Part shown: positions 27,974 through 40,057 of the stretch, in pieces
Layout: every line of letters starts with the position of its first letter
Numbering within the stretch: position 1 is the stretch's first letter
NCBI GenBank assembly: GCA_038818725.1
Contig: JAWAYL010000002.1
Coordinates: 1,346-65,345, forward strand
Source: Thermoplasmatota archaeon
Lineage (GTDB): Archaea; Thermoplasmatota; E2; UBA202; JdFR-43
Length of the DNA stretch: 64,000 bases
Direction: 5' to 3'
Notes under the pieces: generated by a model
What the model was told of the DNA's origin: nothing
Databases searched by the model: none
The model's input: only the letters and a program-made list of their open reading frames with translations
Made by a program: the position numbers and the translations under genes

Positions 27974-28045
27974 GCCCCGTGGTGTAGTGGTCAAGCATGT
28001 GAGGCTCTGGACCTCACGACCCAGGTTCGAATCCTGGCGGGGCTA
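27974..28045 (+). tRNA. tRNA-Gln(CTG)
   Basis: GCCCCGT acceptor, GGTTCGAAT T-loop, anticodon stem GAGGC/GACCT (with a C:A mismatch) and loop TCTGGAC with CTG at 34-36. Confidence 0.8.
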
Positions 28046-29299
28046 TTTGTATTTCCATTTTCTGCCTGCATATATTGGTTTATCAATTTCCTCTTCTATT
28101 CTTATTAGTTGATTATATTTTTCTGTTCTTTCCGCCCTGCAAGGAGCGCCCGCTTTTATCTGCCCACAATTTATTGCAACAGCGAGATCAGATATAAAAG
28201 CATCGCATGTATCGCCGGAGCGATGCGACACCATTATTGAATAATTATTTTCGTTGCATATTTCTACAACTTTCATTGTTTCAGTTAGCGTTCCGCACTG
28301 ATTTGGTTTTAGAAGCAATGCATTGCATGCTTTCTTTTTTATTCCTTCTTTTAATCTTTTTGGATTAGTTACAAAAATATCGTCTCCTAAAATCTGTATT
28401 TTATTTCCAATTTTTTTTGTTAATTTTGAAAATCCTTCCCAGTCATTTTCGCTAAAAGCATCTTCAATTGAAATTATAGGATAATCTTCTACAAGCTCAT
28501 TATAAAAATCAATCATTTCATCTTGGCTTTTTTCTCCTTCTATATAATACAAATTATCTTTATAAAATGAGGAGGCTGCACAATCTATAGCAAGTTTAAC
28601 TTCATTTTCATAATTATTTTCTTCTATAGCTTGCATAATCAATTCGAGAGCTTCTCTTGTTTCTTTAAGAGGAGGAGCAAAACCACCTTCATCACCAACA
28701 TTTATTGCATTTTTTCCATATTTTTTAAGAATTATTTCTTTCAACGAATAATATACTTCACATGCCATTCTTACAGCTTCTGAAAAGCTTTTAGCCATAA
28801 TTGGAGCAATCATAAATTCTTGTATAGCCAGCTCGTTTCCTGCATGCTTTCCTCCATTTATTATATTCATAAAGGGGATGGGAAGCAAATTTGCTCCTCT
28901 ATTCAAATAAAGATAAACAGGCATTTTTTTTGAATTTGCAGCACATTTACAGCAGGCAATAGATGTAGCTATTGATGCGTTTCCTCCAATTATTCTTTTA
29001 TCTGGAGTACCATCTATCTTAATAATTTTTTCATCAATTTCTTCTTGTTCAGTTACGAGCATTCCAACTATTGCTGGGGCGAGAATTGTATTAACATTAT
29101 CTATTGCTTTCTTTACACTTTTTCCATGAAATTCTTTTCCTCCATCTCTTAGCTCAACTGCTTCTTTGCTCCCGCGGCTTGCGCCAGATGGAGCGCTTGC
29201 CCTACCAACCGCATTTTTTGTTTTTACTTCTACTTCTATTGTTGGATTTCCTCTTGAGTCGAGAATTTGCCTTGCTTTTATGCTCTCTATTTTATTCAT
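28043..29299 (-). CDS. eno: Enolase
   Basis: MNKIESIKARQILDSRGNPTIEVEV and the full-length enolase signature. The ORF-track start at 29389 is an upstream extension. I place the start at the ATG at 29299. Confidence 0.93.
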   Translation of the reverse strand: MNKIESIKARQILDSRGNPTIEVEVKTKNAVGRASAPSGASRGSKEAVELRDGGKEFHGKSVKKAIDNVNTILAPAIVGMLVTEQEEIDEKIIKIDGTPDKRIIGGNASIATSIACCKCAANSKKMPVYLYLNRGANLLPIPFMNIINGGKHAGNELAIQEFMIAPIMAKSFSEAVRMACEVYYSLKEIILKKYGKNAINVGDEGGFAPPLKETREALELIMQAIEENNYENEVKLAIDCAASSFYKDNLYYIEGEKSQDEMIDFYNELVEDYPIISIEDAFSENDWEGFSKLTKKIGNKIQILGDDIFVTNPKRLKEGIKKKACNALLLKPNQCGTLTETMKVVEICNENNYSIMVSHRSGDTCDAFISDLAVAINCGQIKAGAPCRAERTEKYNQLIRIEEEIDKPIYAGRKWKYK

Positions 29300-29321
29300 G
29301 AAGATAAATAGAGGGATTAAT

Positions 29322-29615
29322 TTAATCTTTTTCCACTTCTTTTTCAAGCAATTTTTTTCTTTCTTTAGCAGTTCTTCCTGTTGCTTCAAATAAAAAATTG
29401 TTCCATTTTTTCAATATTTCTGGATTTGGCTCTATTTTTTCTGGCGGCTTTATCTCTACTAATATTTCATTTCCTTCTTTTTTTATAAATATTTTTCCTA
29501 TTCCATTTTCCTCAAATTCAAATCCTTCATTTAAATTTCCTTCAACATTAAAATATTTTTTTATCAATTCTTCAAGATTTGCTTTATGCCCCTTTTTTAT
29601 TGAATATCTTCTCAT
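29322..29615 (-). CDS. Hypothetical protein (97 aa), unknown function
   Basis: Open frame with charged, K/E-rich composition. No motif recognised. Confidence 0.35.
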   Translation of the reverse strand: MRRYSIKKGHKANLEELIKKYFNVEGNLNEGFEFEENGIGKIFIKKEGNEILVEIKPPEKIEPNPEILKKWNNFLFEATGRTAKERKKLLEKEVEKD

Positions 29616-29657
29616 AATGGTATAGAAAACATTTTATAAAATATTTTCAATACAAGC

Positions 29658-30311
29658 ATGAAAGTAGTAGTTTCTTTAGGTGGCTCATTGCTTTCTTTGA
29701 ATAATCCCGAATTCATAGAAGAAATAGGATTGCTTCTAAAAAAAATATCAGAAGAAATTTCTCTTTTTATTGTTGTTGGAGGAGGAAAAACTGCAAGAGA
29801 TTATATTGCTACTGGAAGAAAATTTTGTAAAGATGAAAGATATTTAGATGAAATCGGGGTACAGGCAACAAGGTTAAATGCTTACCTAATAAATTCATTT
29901 TTCAGAAAAAAAATTCCTTTAACAATAGAAGAAGCTTTGCAAATCGGCCCTCCAGCCGTTATGGGTGGAACAGCGCCAGGCCATTCTACAGATGCGGTTG
30001 CAGCAATGCTTGCAAATGCATCGAGGGCAAATCATCTTGTAATAGCAACTGATGTTGATGGAATATATAATAAGGATCCAAAAATTTATAAAGATGCAAT
30101 TAAATTCGATAGGATAGGCATAGATAAGCTAATTGAATTGGTTGGAGATGAATGGAAAATTGCTGGATATAAAGTTGTTGTTGATCCAATTGCCTGTAAA
30201 ATAATAAAAGAAGGCAAGATAAAAACATTTGTTGTAAATGGGAAAAATCTGAAAGAATTAGAAAATGCTATATATGGAAAAAATTTTAATGGAACAATTA
30301 TAGAGGTATAA
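29658..30311 (+). CDS. pyrH: UMP kinase (archaeal type)
   Basis: MKVVVSLGGSLL, FIVVGGG, amino-acid-kinase fold; 217 aa. Confidence 0.85.
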   Translation: MKVVVSLGGSLLSLNNPEFIEEIGLLLKKISEEISLFIVVGGGKTARDYIATGRKFCKDERYLDEIGVQATRLNAYLINSFFRKKIPLTIEEALQIGPPAVMGGTAPGHSTDAVAAMLANASRANHLVIATDVDGIYNKDPKIYKDAIKFDRIGIDKLIELVGDEWKIAGYKVVVDPIACKIIKEGKIKTFVVNGKNLKELENAIYGKNFNGTIIEV

Positions 30312-30312
30312 A

Positions 30313-30516
30313 ATGATTCCTCAGCATGGGCATTGCCATATATGTGGAAAAGCAATAAAATATGGAGAGAATTTTTGTAGTGAAAAATGCAAAAGTGAGT
30401 ATGAAGGTTATATAAAAAAGAGGAGGAGATTGCAGATAATATTTTATATTCTAATTTTCCTTGTTATTATAGCATATATAGTAATATATATAGTAATATT
30501 AACCCAGAGAAGCTAA
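30313..30516 (+). CDS. Zn-ribbon mini-protein with C-terminal TM helix
   Basis: CHICGKAIKYGENFCSEKC, then the hydrophobic IIFYILIFLVIIAYIVIYIVIL. Confidence 0.45.
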   Translation: MIPQHGHCHICGKAIKYGENFCSEKCKSEYEGYIKKRRRLQIIFYILIFLVIIAYIVIYIVILTQRS

Positions 30517-31538
30517 ATTAATTTTTCCCCTTTTATTTCTACTTCAATAACCTTATTTTTTTCTATTTTTGTATCAATATTAATGAATTTTTTAAGCAAA
30601 AATATCTCTGTTGAAGCATGCATACTAAAGCTCAAGCATTTAAATTTTATTTTATTTCCGCTTATTGCGAAAAAAGGCAGCAACTGATCAACTGCTTTTT
30701 CATCTAAATCAACACCTGCTTCTATTTCCTCTATTAATTTTTTTGCTGTAAATCTGCCTATTTCCTCAGCCGGCCTGCCTTTTTCTCCCAAACAATCGGC
30801 GCCCAATATTTTCGGCTTGCTCCAAAGCACAAGCCCAACACCTGGGGAAATTGTATCATATTTCTCAATTTTTATATTTGCTTGAAATCTATTTTTAAGA
30901 GTTTCTTCCGCTGATTTTTTTATTCTTTCAGAAATTTGCATTGGTAGGTTTGAAATATGAACAATTCCTTCTATTTCTTCAATTTTTTCATCAAAATAAA
31001 TTGGCTTTATTTCCTTGCTTGGCTTTATCAAAACCTCTATCTTTCCTCCACCAGCTGGATAATATCCTCTCTTATGCAATTTTCCTTCAATTTCTAATCC
31101 CATTTTTTTAAGGTTTTCAATAAAAACATTTTTGAAATAATCCCATGGGGGAGACCATCTTACATCTGTTCCTCCTTTCAAAATTAATTTTGTTTCTTTT
31201 ATAGCAAAAATTGATGGAATTATGCATGCCTGCAATACAAGCGTTACACTTCCTGCTGTTCCAACATCAAATTCGTATTCTCCTCCCTCAATTTCTCCTG
31301 GATAAAATTCTATTTCGCTTGACCCGACTTTTAACCCTTTAACTTCTGCATTGCACATTTTTGCAACTGTTTCAATCGCAGTTATATGCTGATTTCTCAA
31401 CCCGGGATTCGGTCTATTTGCCCTTATATTAAAAATTTTTACTGGCTTTTTTGTTATAGAGGAAAATGCTATGCTCATCCTTAAAATTTGTCCGCCACCC
31501 TCGCCATAGCCCCCATCTATCTCTATCATTTTCACCAC
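30513..31538 (-). CDS. rtcA: RNA 3'-terminal phosphate cyclase
   Basis: IEIDGGYGEGGGQILRMSIAFSSITKKPVKIFNIRANRPNPGL...HITAIE, with the catalytic His region. Confidence 0.9.
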   Translation of the reverse strand: MVKMIEIDGGYGEGGGQILRMSIAFSSITKKPVKIFNIRANRPNPGLRNQHITAIETVAKMCNAEVKGLKVGSSEIEFYPGEIEGGEYEFDVGTAGSVTLVLQACIIPSIFAIKETKLILKGGTDVRWSPPWDYFKNVFIENLKKMGLEIEGKLHKRGYYPAGGGKIEVLIKPSKEIKPIYFDEKIEEIEGIVHISNLPMQISERIKKSAEETLKNRFQANIKIEKYDTISPGVGLVLWSKPKILGADCLGEKGRPAEEIGRFTAKKLIEEIEAGVDLDEKAVDQLLPFFAISGNKIKFKCLSFSMHASTEIFLLKKFINIDTKIEKNKVIEVEIKGEKLI

Positions 31539-31572
31539 AAAGCTTAAATTGTTATATATTTATAATCATATA

Positions 31573-31645
31573 GCGGGGTGGGGTAGTCAGGAAAACCCGT
31601 CGGGCTCATAACCCGAAGATCCGTGGTTCAAATCCACGCCCCGCT
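31573..31645 (+). tRNA. tRNA-Met/Ile2 (anticodon CAT), elongator-type
   Basis: Acceptor GCGGGGT/GCCCCGC, anticodon arm TCGGG-CTCATAA-CCCGA, T-arm CGTGG-TTCAAAT-CCACG. G1-C72 argues against an initiator. Confidence 0.85.
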
Positions 31646-31646
31646 A

Positions 31647-33869
<2,223 letters not shown>

Positions 33870-33937
33870 ATTAATTTCTTTTGCTGTTCACAGTGGGGTA
33901 GTGTCAAGAATTTGAAAATTTAAAAAATAAGAACTAC

Positions 33938-34047
33938 CCCCTCCTGATTCTTTTTCAGGAGGGATGCTACAACAATTATTAGAAATTAATTCCAAAAAAT
34001 ATTTTTCGTTGGGATAAAAAGAAGATAGAAATTAAGTTAATCGCTAC
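33938..34047 (-). repeat. Copy B (inverted) of the conserved upstream element, with a ~50-nt insertion relative to copy A
   Basis: Its reverse complement reads GTAGCGATTAACTTAATTTCTAT...(50 nt)...GTTGTAGCATCCCTCCTGAAAAAGAATCAGGAGGG. Ends ~69 nt before the cdc48 start on the minus strand. Confidence 0.7.
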
Positions 34048-34501
34048 CCTCTAAGCAGGAATTTCTTTGCGGAAAGTAAATCTTAGAGATTTTGAGGAAT
34101 TTAGCCACGAATCTTTGAACAATGGTATCATAAACTAAGCCAAAAATACAGGCGTTGTATTGCAATAGATGAATAAAGATTGGAGAGGATAGATGTAGAT
34201 ACATAGATATTTGGGAATAATGGTAACAAAATGGAGAACTTCGATTGATGTAATAAAATTTGTGAGGAAAATTCTCGTATATTGTGAAAATAAACCAATC
34301 AAAATAGCTACACCTCCATGTAGAGAGGCATTGCAAAGAATGGGCTTAAGATATGAAAATGAAACATTTGGAGAAGGAAAGCGTCGAAAGATGACACTGC
34401 CTTCGTTCATACCAGCTGTTCCTCGATTAATATTTTTTCTTAATGCTTTCAAAAATAACTGTCACAATACATTTTTATATTCCTTCTTTATTGCTTTTTC
34501 A

Positions 34502-34936
34502 ATGACTACAGCATATGATGTACCTGCAGAGCCATTGATAAAAAGGCTTGCCGAGAAGCTGAAAAATGAATTTAAAATAGAAGCACCTGAATGGGCTAAA
34601 TGGGTAAAGACAGGAATACACAAGGAAAGACCACCTGAAAATCCAGATTGGTGGTATATAAGGGTTGCCGCAATATTGAGAAAAATTTATATGCGCGGCC
34701 CTATTGGAACATCTCGCTTAAGGGGCTTCTATGGGGGAAAAAGAGATAGAAGAAATGCTCCTTATAGGCATGTAAAGGGGAGTGGTTCAATAATAAGGAA
34801 AGCACTTCAACAACTTGAGAAAATTGGGCTTGTGGAGCAAATAAAAGGAAAAGGAAGGAAAATAACTCCGAGAGGGCAATCACTTGTTGATAATACCGCT
34901 CATGAACTTGCAAGTGAAATAGGAAAACTTATATAG
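34502..34936 (+). CDS. rps19e: Ribosomal protein S19e
   Basis: MTTAYDVPAEPLIKRLAEKLK...PDWWYIRVAAILRKIY...GGKRDRR. The ORF-track start at 34211 is an extension. I place the start at the ATG at 34502. Confidence 0.85.
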   Translation: MTTAYDVPAEPLIKRLAEKLKNEFKIEAPEWAKWVKTGIHKERPPENPDWWYIRVAAILRKIYMRGPIGTSRLRGFYGGKRDRRNAPYRHVKGSGSIIRKALQQLEKIGLVEQIKGKGRKITPRGQSLVDNTAHELASEIGKLI

Positions 34937-34956
34937 TAAATAAAGAGTGATTTATA

Positions 34957-35280
34957 ATGGATGACGTGGAAGAAATAAAGAGAAGAATGATAGAACAAAT
35001 GCAAAGGGAAGCTGAAGAAGAGCAGAGAAGGCAGGTTGAAAAAGAAATATGGGAAGCACAGAAAAGGAATATATTGAAGTTTTTGCTAGATGCAGATGCA
35101 AGAGCAAGATTGGAAAGAATAAGGATGGCAAAGCCCGAGGAAGCAGAATATATAGAAAATCAGATTATAAGATTATATCAGATGGGTAAAATAAAAAATA
35201 AAATAAATGATGAAGTTTTAAAAATTTTAATTTCGCATCTCATGCCAAAAAAGAGAGATATAACTATAAGGAGGTTATAA
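34957..35280 (+). CDS. PDCD5/TFAR19-like dsDNA-binding protein
   Basis: [47 protein letters not shown]. Conserved position between S19e and L39e. Confidence 0.7.
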   Translation: MDDVEEIKRRMIEQMQREAEEEQRRQVEKEIWEAQKRNILKFLLDADARARLERIRMAKPEEAEYIENQIIRLYQMGKIKNKINDEVLKILISHLMPKKRDITIRRL

Positions 35281-35281
35281 A

Positions 35282-35437
35282 ATGGCAAAAAACAAGCCAG
35301 CAGCAAGAAAAAGGAGATTGATGAAGGAGACAAAAAGCAACAGGCGCGTGCCCGCCTGGATAATAATAAGGACAAGTAGAAGATTTTTACAGCATCCAAA
35401 GAGGAGACACTGGAGAAGAAATAATTTAAAGAGGTGA
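35282..35437 (+). CDS. rpl39e: Ribosomal protein L39e
   Basis: Not in the ORF track (51 aa). My manual translation gives [51 protein letters not shown]. Confidence 0.8.
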   Translation: MAKNKPAARKRRLMKETKSNRRVPAWIIIRTSRRFLQHPKRRHWRRNNLKR

Positions 35438-35441
35438 TTTT

Positions 35442-35795
35442 ATGGAAGAAAAAATTTATACTGTGCCAATCATTAAAGCGAAAGAATTTTCAAGAAGAAA
35501 AAGAGCAAAAATTGCAGTTAGAGAAATAAAAGAATTTTTGAAAAAGCATACAAAAAATAATAATATTAAAATTGACAATAGTGTAAATGAACTTATATGG
35601 GAAAGAGGAATAAAAAATCCTCCTGGTAAAATAAGGTTAAAGGTTATAAAAGTTGATGATGTTATATGGGCTTATACACCTGAAGCAGAAATTAAGATTG
35701 AAGAAATTAAAAAGGAAAAGAAGGAGGAAATAAAGGAAAAAACAGAGACGGAGGAAAAGAAAGAGGAAACGCATAGCCATGCTGAAAAAGATTGA
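35442..35795 (+). CDS. rpl31e: Ribosomal protein L31e
   Basis: IYTVPIIKAKEFSRRKRAKIAVREIKEFLKKH...IWERGIKNPPGKIRLKV. Confidence 0.8.
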   Translation: MEEKIYTVPIIKAKEFSRRKRAKIAVREIKEFLKKHTKNNNIKIDNSVNELIWERGIKNPPGKIRLKVIKVDDVIWAYTPEAEIKIEEIKKEKKEEIKEKTETEEKKEETHSHAEKD

Positions 35796-36447
35796 TTTTA
35801 ATGGAAATTCATATTTAGGGATTTACTGCAGGGTTAACAATTCAATAGCTTTTGTTCAACCATTACTTCCTGAAAAAACAAAAAAAGAAATTGAAGATAT
35901 TCTTAAAGTAAAGGCTTTTGAATTAACAATTGGGAGTAGCACAATTATTGGCTCACTGCTCGCTATAAATTCAAACGCAATTGTTGTAACAGATTTTGTT
36001 GAAAAAGAAGAAATTGAAATAATTGAAGATAAATTTGATGGAGAAATATTTATTTTGGAAGATAAATTTAATGCTGCTGGAAATAATATACTTGTAAATG
36101 ATTATGGGGCAATTGTTCATCCATTAATGAAAGAAGAAACTATAAAAAAATTGGGAAAGGTTATGGAGATAGAAGTAAAAAAGGGAACAATAGCTGGGCT
36201 GAATACTGTTGGAATGCTAGGAATAGCAACAAATAAGGGTGTTTTATGCCATCCAAAAATAAAAGAGGAGGAAAAAAAATTAATTGAAAATGTGCTGGAT
36301 GTAGAAGTAAATATAGGGACAGTAAATCATGGTATGCCATTTGTAGGAGCAGGGGCGGTAGCTAATGAGCATGGTGCAATTGTGGGAAAAGAGACAACTG
36401 GAATTGAAATGGGGCGAGTTGAAGAAGCTCTTCGACTTGGAAAATAA
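35779..36447 (+). CDS. eif6: Translation initiation factor 6 (aIF6)
   Basis: NGNSYLGIYCRVNNSIAFV...TTIIGSLLAINSNAIVV...GNNILVNDYGAIVHP repeats of the pentein fold. Confidence 0.85.
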   Translation: MLKKIDFNGNSYLGIYCRVNNSIAFVQPLLPEKTKKEIEDILKVKAFELTIGSSTIIGSLLAINSNAIVVTDFVEKEEIEIIEDKFDGEIFILEDKFNAAGNNILVNDYGAIVHPLMKEETIKKLGKVMEIEVKKGTIAGLNTVGMLGIATNKGVLCHPKIKEEEKKLIENVLDVEVNIGTVNHGMPFVGAGAVANEHGAIVGKETTGIEMGRVEEALRLGK

Positions 36448-36473
36448 AATATATTGGAAATTGATATAGAAGA

Positions 36474-36887
36474 ATGAATGATGAAGAACTAAGGAAAAAT
36501 ATATATTTATTGCAGAGGCATCAGGAAGAGATAGAAAATACATATGCACAGATTGAAGTAATTGAAAGAATGATAAATGAATATAGACGGGCTATAGAAA
36601 CCTTGCAGGAAATTGCATCAATGGAAGAGGGTAAGGAAATTTTAATGCCAATTGGCGGAGATGTTTTTGCTTATACAAATTTAAAGAATACAAAGAGGGT
36701 TATATTAAGTATAGGAAATAAAGTATTTATAGAGAAAACAACAAATGGAGCAATTGATTTTCTGAATAAAAAAATAGAGGAATTGATGAGAAGCGAGCAA
36801 AAGCTGATAAATCTTGCAGAGGAGTTAAGCCAGAGAATGGATGAAATTTCAAAGAAGATAAAAAAGGAAGATGTTCCAGTTTCTTAA
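36474..36887 (+). CDS. pfdA: Prefoldin alpha subunit
   Basis: Coiled-coil, beta-hairpin region (ILMPIGGDVFAY...VILSIGNKVFIEKT), coiled-coil. Conserved synteny before ftsY. Confidence 0.65.
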   Translation: MNDEELRKNIYLLQRHQEEIENTYAQIEVIERMINEYRRAIETLQEIASMEEGKEILMPIGGDVFAYTNLKNTKRVILSIGNKVFIEKTTNGAIDFLNKKIEELMRSEQKLINLAEELSQRMDEISKKIKKEDVPVS

Positions 36888-37776
36888 AAAAAAGCTAAAG
36901 AAAGCAGAAGAAACTATTGAAGAGGAAAAAAAGAAGAGCTTATTTGGAATAAGTGAAAAAAAATTAGATGAATTGCTCTGGCAGATGGAAATTGAGCTAA
37001 TTGAAGCAGACGTTGCTTTTGAAGTTATAGAAGAAATTAAAAAAGAGGTGAAAGGGAATTTGGTGGGTGTATCAAGAAAGGAGGCAAAAGAGGAGGTCAG
37101 TAAAATAATTAAGGATACGATATATAGGATATTGAAAAATAGCGAAGGAAATTTTTTTGAAGAAATTAAAAAATTTGAAAAACCGATAATAATTTTATTT
37201 GTTGGAGTAAATGGCTCTGGAAAAACAACTGCAATAGCAAAACTTGCATGGCAATTAAAAAATATGGGTTATAGTTGCGTTATTGCTGCATGCGATACTT
37301 TCAGGGCGGGCGCCATCGAGCAGATTGAAAAGCATGCCTTACAGGTGGGGGCAAAACTGATAAAGCATGATTTCGGAGCCGATCCTGCTGCTGTTGCATA
37401 TGATGCAATAGAGCATGCAAAAGCAAGACACAAGGATTTTGTTTTAATTGATACTGCAGGGAGAATGCAGACAAATATAAATCTTATGGAAGAAATGAAG
37501 AAAATAAAGAGAGTTGCAAAGCCACATATGACAATTTTTGTTGGTGATGCTCTTATTGGAAACGATGCAATAGAGCAAGCGAAAAAATTTAATGAAGCAA
37601 TTGGTATAGATGGAGTAATATTGGCAAAAGTAGATGCAGATGCAAAAGGAGGGGCGTCAATTTCCATAGCATATTCAATAAAAAAACCTCTCTATTTTAT
37701 AGGTATTGGACAGAGCTATGATGAGCAAGTTCCCTTTAGTGCAGAATGGATGGTTAAAAGGATATTTGAAGAATAA
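36871..37776 (+). CDS. ftsY: Signal recognition particle receptor FtsY
   Basis: Acidic N-terminus, GVNGSGKTTAIAKLA, DTAGR, and AKVDADAKGG NG-domain motifs. Confidence 0.9.
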   Translation: MFQFLKKKLKKAEETIEEEKKKSLFGISEKKLDELLWQMEIELIEADVAFEVIEEIKKEVKGNLVGVSRKEAKEEVSKIIKDTIYRILKNSEGNFFEEIKKFEKPIIILFVGVNGSGKTTAIAKLAWQLKNMGYSCVIAACDTFRAGAIEQIEKHALQVGAKLIKHDFGADPAAVAYDAIEHAKARHKDFVLIDTAGRMQTNINLMEEMKKIKRVAKPHMTIFVGDALIGNDAIEQAKKFNEAIGIDGVILAKVDADAKGGASISIAYSIKKPLYFIGIGQSYDEQVPFSAEWMVKRIFEE

Positions 37777-40039
37777 ATGCTGATAAATTATCTTCTCTAC
37801 TTCTTCCATTTAAATAAGATATTGCCTTTATTTCATAATTTCCAAAACAATTTTTAATGAGAAGCCATTCATAAGGAGGCGCATTATCAGAAAATTCAAG
37901 CTTGCCATTTAAATAAAAATCAACTTTTTCTCCATTTGTAATTACATTTACTCTAATTTTCCCTATTATTATTGCCTTTTCAGAATTTACCCTTGCAATT
38001 TCCCTATCAGCTATATATATTTTACCCTTTGATGGTTTTAAAATTTCAATAAAAGGCTCTTCATCTATTGAATATAAAATGCTGCAATAACTTGATTCTA
38101 TCTCAATTATTGTTTCATTTTCTTTTTCAAAAAAATTTATATCTTTAACTTCTTCCATAAAATTTAAAATTTTTGCATCTTTTATTTTACCCCTAATTTT
38201 TAACTCCGCTCTATCTCCAAAATTTAATATTCTAATTCCTTCTTTTCCATCTTTTTCATATCTAAAAGCGATTGCATTTCCTAATATTTCAAATGGCTGG
38301 TAAATATTTGCTTTTTCAATTAATTCTAAAAATTTATTTCTCCATTTCTCGGCTTCCTGGCTTCCATTTTCTTCCCCTGGACTTGCCTCCCATATATAAT
38401 ATCTCCCAACAGGCAAAGGATAGAAAATTGATTTTCCTTTTCCATATTCATTTAAGTAAATTTTTTCTTCAATATGTGAGAAATTAACTCCAAATAAATC
38501 TTGCAGTAGAAAATTATTTCTCCTCTTTCCAAATTCATTATAAAGAGATGTTTCATATGTGGATATCAAAATTCCTCCTTCTTTAACATAATCTCTTAAA
38601 ATTTCCCCCTGCTCCTCGGACATGCATGAAAAATCTGGTAAAACAACCGCTTTATATCTCTTAATTTCCTTAATATCCTTTTCATCTATTACTTTAAATT
38701 GTATATTTGATTGAATTAGCATCATAATTGAGCCAATTAATTCATCATGATATGCATAACCTTCCCAACCCCCTTTATCAGCATAATCAAGTGTATTTCT
38801 TGAAAAAACTAAGGCAATTTCTGCTGGGTTTTCCCATCCATAAAAATATTCTCCATTTCTTCCTATCCATTCAAAAAATTCTTTTATAAAATTTTCATCA
38901 ATTGCCCCACTCATTGATTCATCCCCAGATGTATAGTAGTTATCATAGTTTGATGATAAAATAATCCATGTGTGCATATTTAAAAGATCAATATCATTTT
39001 CATAAACATAAGAGAGAAGCCAACTATGCTTAAAATCGATATCATTCCAAAATTTCAAATTTGCAAGCATATATATCCATCCATAATATTGGATTTTTTT
39101 GAAAGGACCACTGTATTCATGAGCAATGGCATCGCATACTTCATTAAGCAATTTCAAATCAACACCATATTGTGTAGATGAAACAGTTGAAGAAGATGTT
39201 TCAACAATTAGCTTACAATCTCTATTTATCTCTTTTAATGCATTGTTAAAATCTCTTATATAATCATTTATCTGCTTGTATCTCCACTTAATAAATGAAA
39301 GCCAAGAAATATTGTTCCAATCAGGCTGAATCGGTAAGGAAAGATTAAATCCAGTATCACTATAAAAATCATTTAAGCTAGCTTCGTCAAAACTGCACCA
39401 CTGTTCTTTCCAAGCATATCCAAACTCAAAACACAGATGAGGTACATCAAGCCAAACGCCATCAACAAATTTCGCCATCTCTCTTGCTATGTTCATTATA
39501 ATATTTTTATATTCCTTATTACTCGGGCTAAGCCATACGTCCTCGCTTGTTTCATCAACCCAGAATGGCATTCCCGACATTGAACCATAAAAAACAGCTT
39601 TACTTCCGTCTTTTCCAACCTGAAGCCAATCTGGATGGTCAGTATATGTGCTATTTTTCCCATCATCATCCTTTCCGTCTCTATTCATATCGCTATCAAT
39701 TGTTTGCATTTCAAGAGGAGCTATATAAACAACATATTTTATTCCAGGATAATTTGAATGAATAAAATTTGCTTTCTCTTCTAATTCTCTTATAGATTCA
39801 TTTATGGATAGTATTCTTCCTTGATAGGTATCACTTCCTCCAAACCAATCAAGAATTACATTTGCATTTTTCTCCACCGCTTTCCTAACCCCTTCTTCCC
39901 ATGAAAGACTATAAAAATAGGGAGTTAAAATTCTTGCATTATAAAGCCAGTCATCTTCACTTTCGCTATTTATGTTATAGCTTATAATTTTAAAGGGAAA
40001 AAATGTTAAAATTATAAATATTGCAACTAATTTTTTCAT
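37754..40039 (-). CDS. Large secreted protein with putative glycoside-hydrolase-like (GHL-type TIM-barrel) domain
   Basis: N-terminal signal/TM (MKKLVAIFIILTFFPF), 761 aa, with an aromatic/Asp-rich carbohydrate-enzyme-like composition (DGVWLDVPHLCFEFGYAWKEQW). The family assignment is tentative. Confidence 0.35.
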   Translation of the reverse strand: MKKLVAIFIILTFFPFKIISYNINSESEDDWLYNARILTPYFYSLSWEEGVRKAVEKNANVILDWFGGSDTYQGRILSINESIRELEEKANFIHSNYPGIKYVVYIAPLEMQTIDSDMNRDGKDDDGKNSTYTDHPDWLQVGKDGSKAVFYGSMSGMPFWVDETSEDVWLSPSNKEYKNIIMNIAREMAKFVDGVWLDVPHLCFEFGYAWKEQWCSFDEASLNDFYSDTGFNLSLPIQPDWNNISWLSFIKWRYKQINDYIRDFNNALKEINRDCKLIVETSSSTVSSTQYGVDLKLLNEVCDAIAHEYSGPFKKIQYYGWIYMLANLKFWNDIDFKHSWLLSYVYENDIDLLNMHTWIILSSNYDNYYTSGDESMSGAIDENFIKEFFEWIGRNGEYFYGWENPAEIALVFSRNTLDYADKGGWEGYAYHDELIGSIMMLIQSNIQFKVIDEKDIKEIKRYKAVVLPDFSCMSEEQGEILRDYVKEGGILISTYETSLYNEFGKRRNNFLLQDLFGVNFSHIEEKIYLNEYGKGKSIFYPLPVGRYYIWEASPGEENGSQEAEKWRNKFLELIEKANIYQPFEILGNAIAFRYEKDGKEGIRILNFGDRAELKIRGKIKDAKILNFMEEVKDINFFEKENETIIEIESSYCSILYSIDEEPFIEILKPSKGKIYIADREIARVNSEKAIIIGKIRVNVITNGEKVDFYLNGKLEFSDNAPPYEWLLIKNCFGNYEIKAISYLNGRSREDNLSAFILQISF

Positions 40040-40057
40040 AATAAAAAAAGAAAAAGG

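Noticed and set aside
29300-29389. N-terminal 30-aa extension of enolase in the ORF track
   Set aside because: The enolase family N-terminus (MNKIESIKARQILDSRGNPT) begins at the internal ATG at 29299. The extension is K-rich and overlaps the upstream 97-aa ORF.
34037-34452. Two minus-strand ORFs (99 and 105 aa), plus the 5' extension of the S19e ORF, in the cdc48-S19e intergenic region
   Set aside because: They are mutually overlapping and low-complexity. The S19e homology begins only at the internal ATG at 34502. The region is better interpreted as a ~630-bp divergent promoter region containing repeat copy B.
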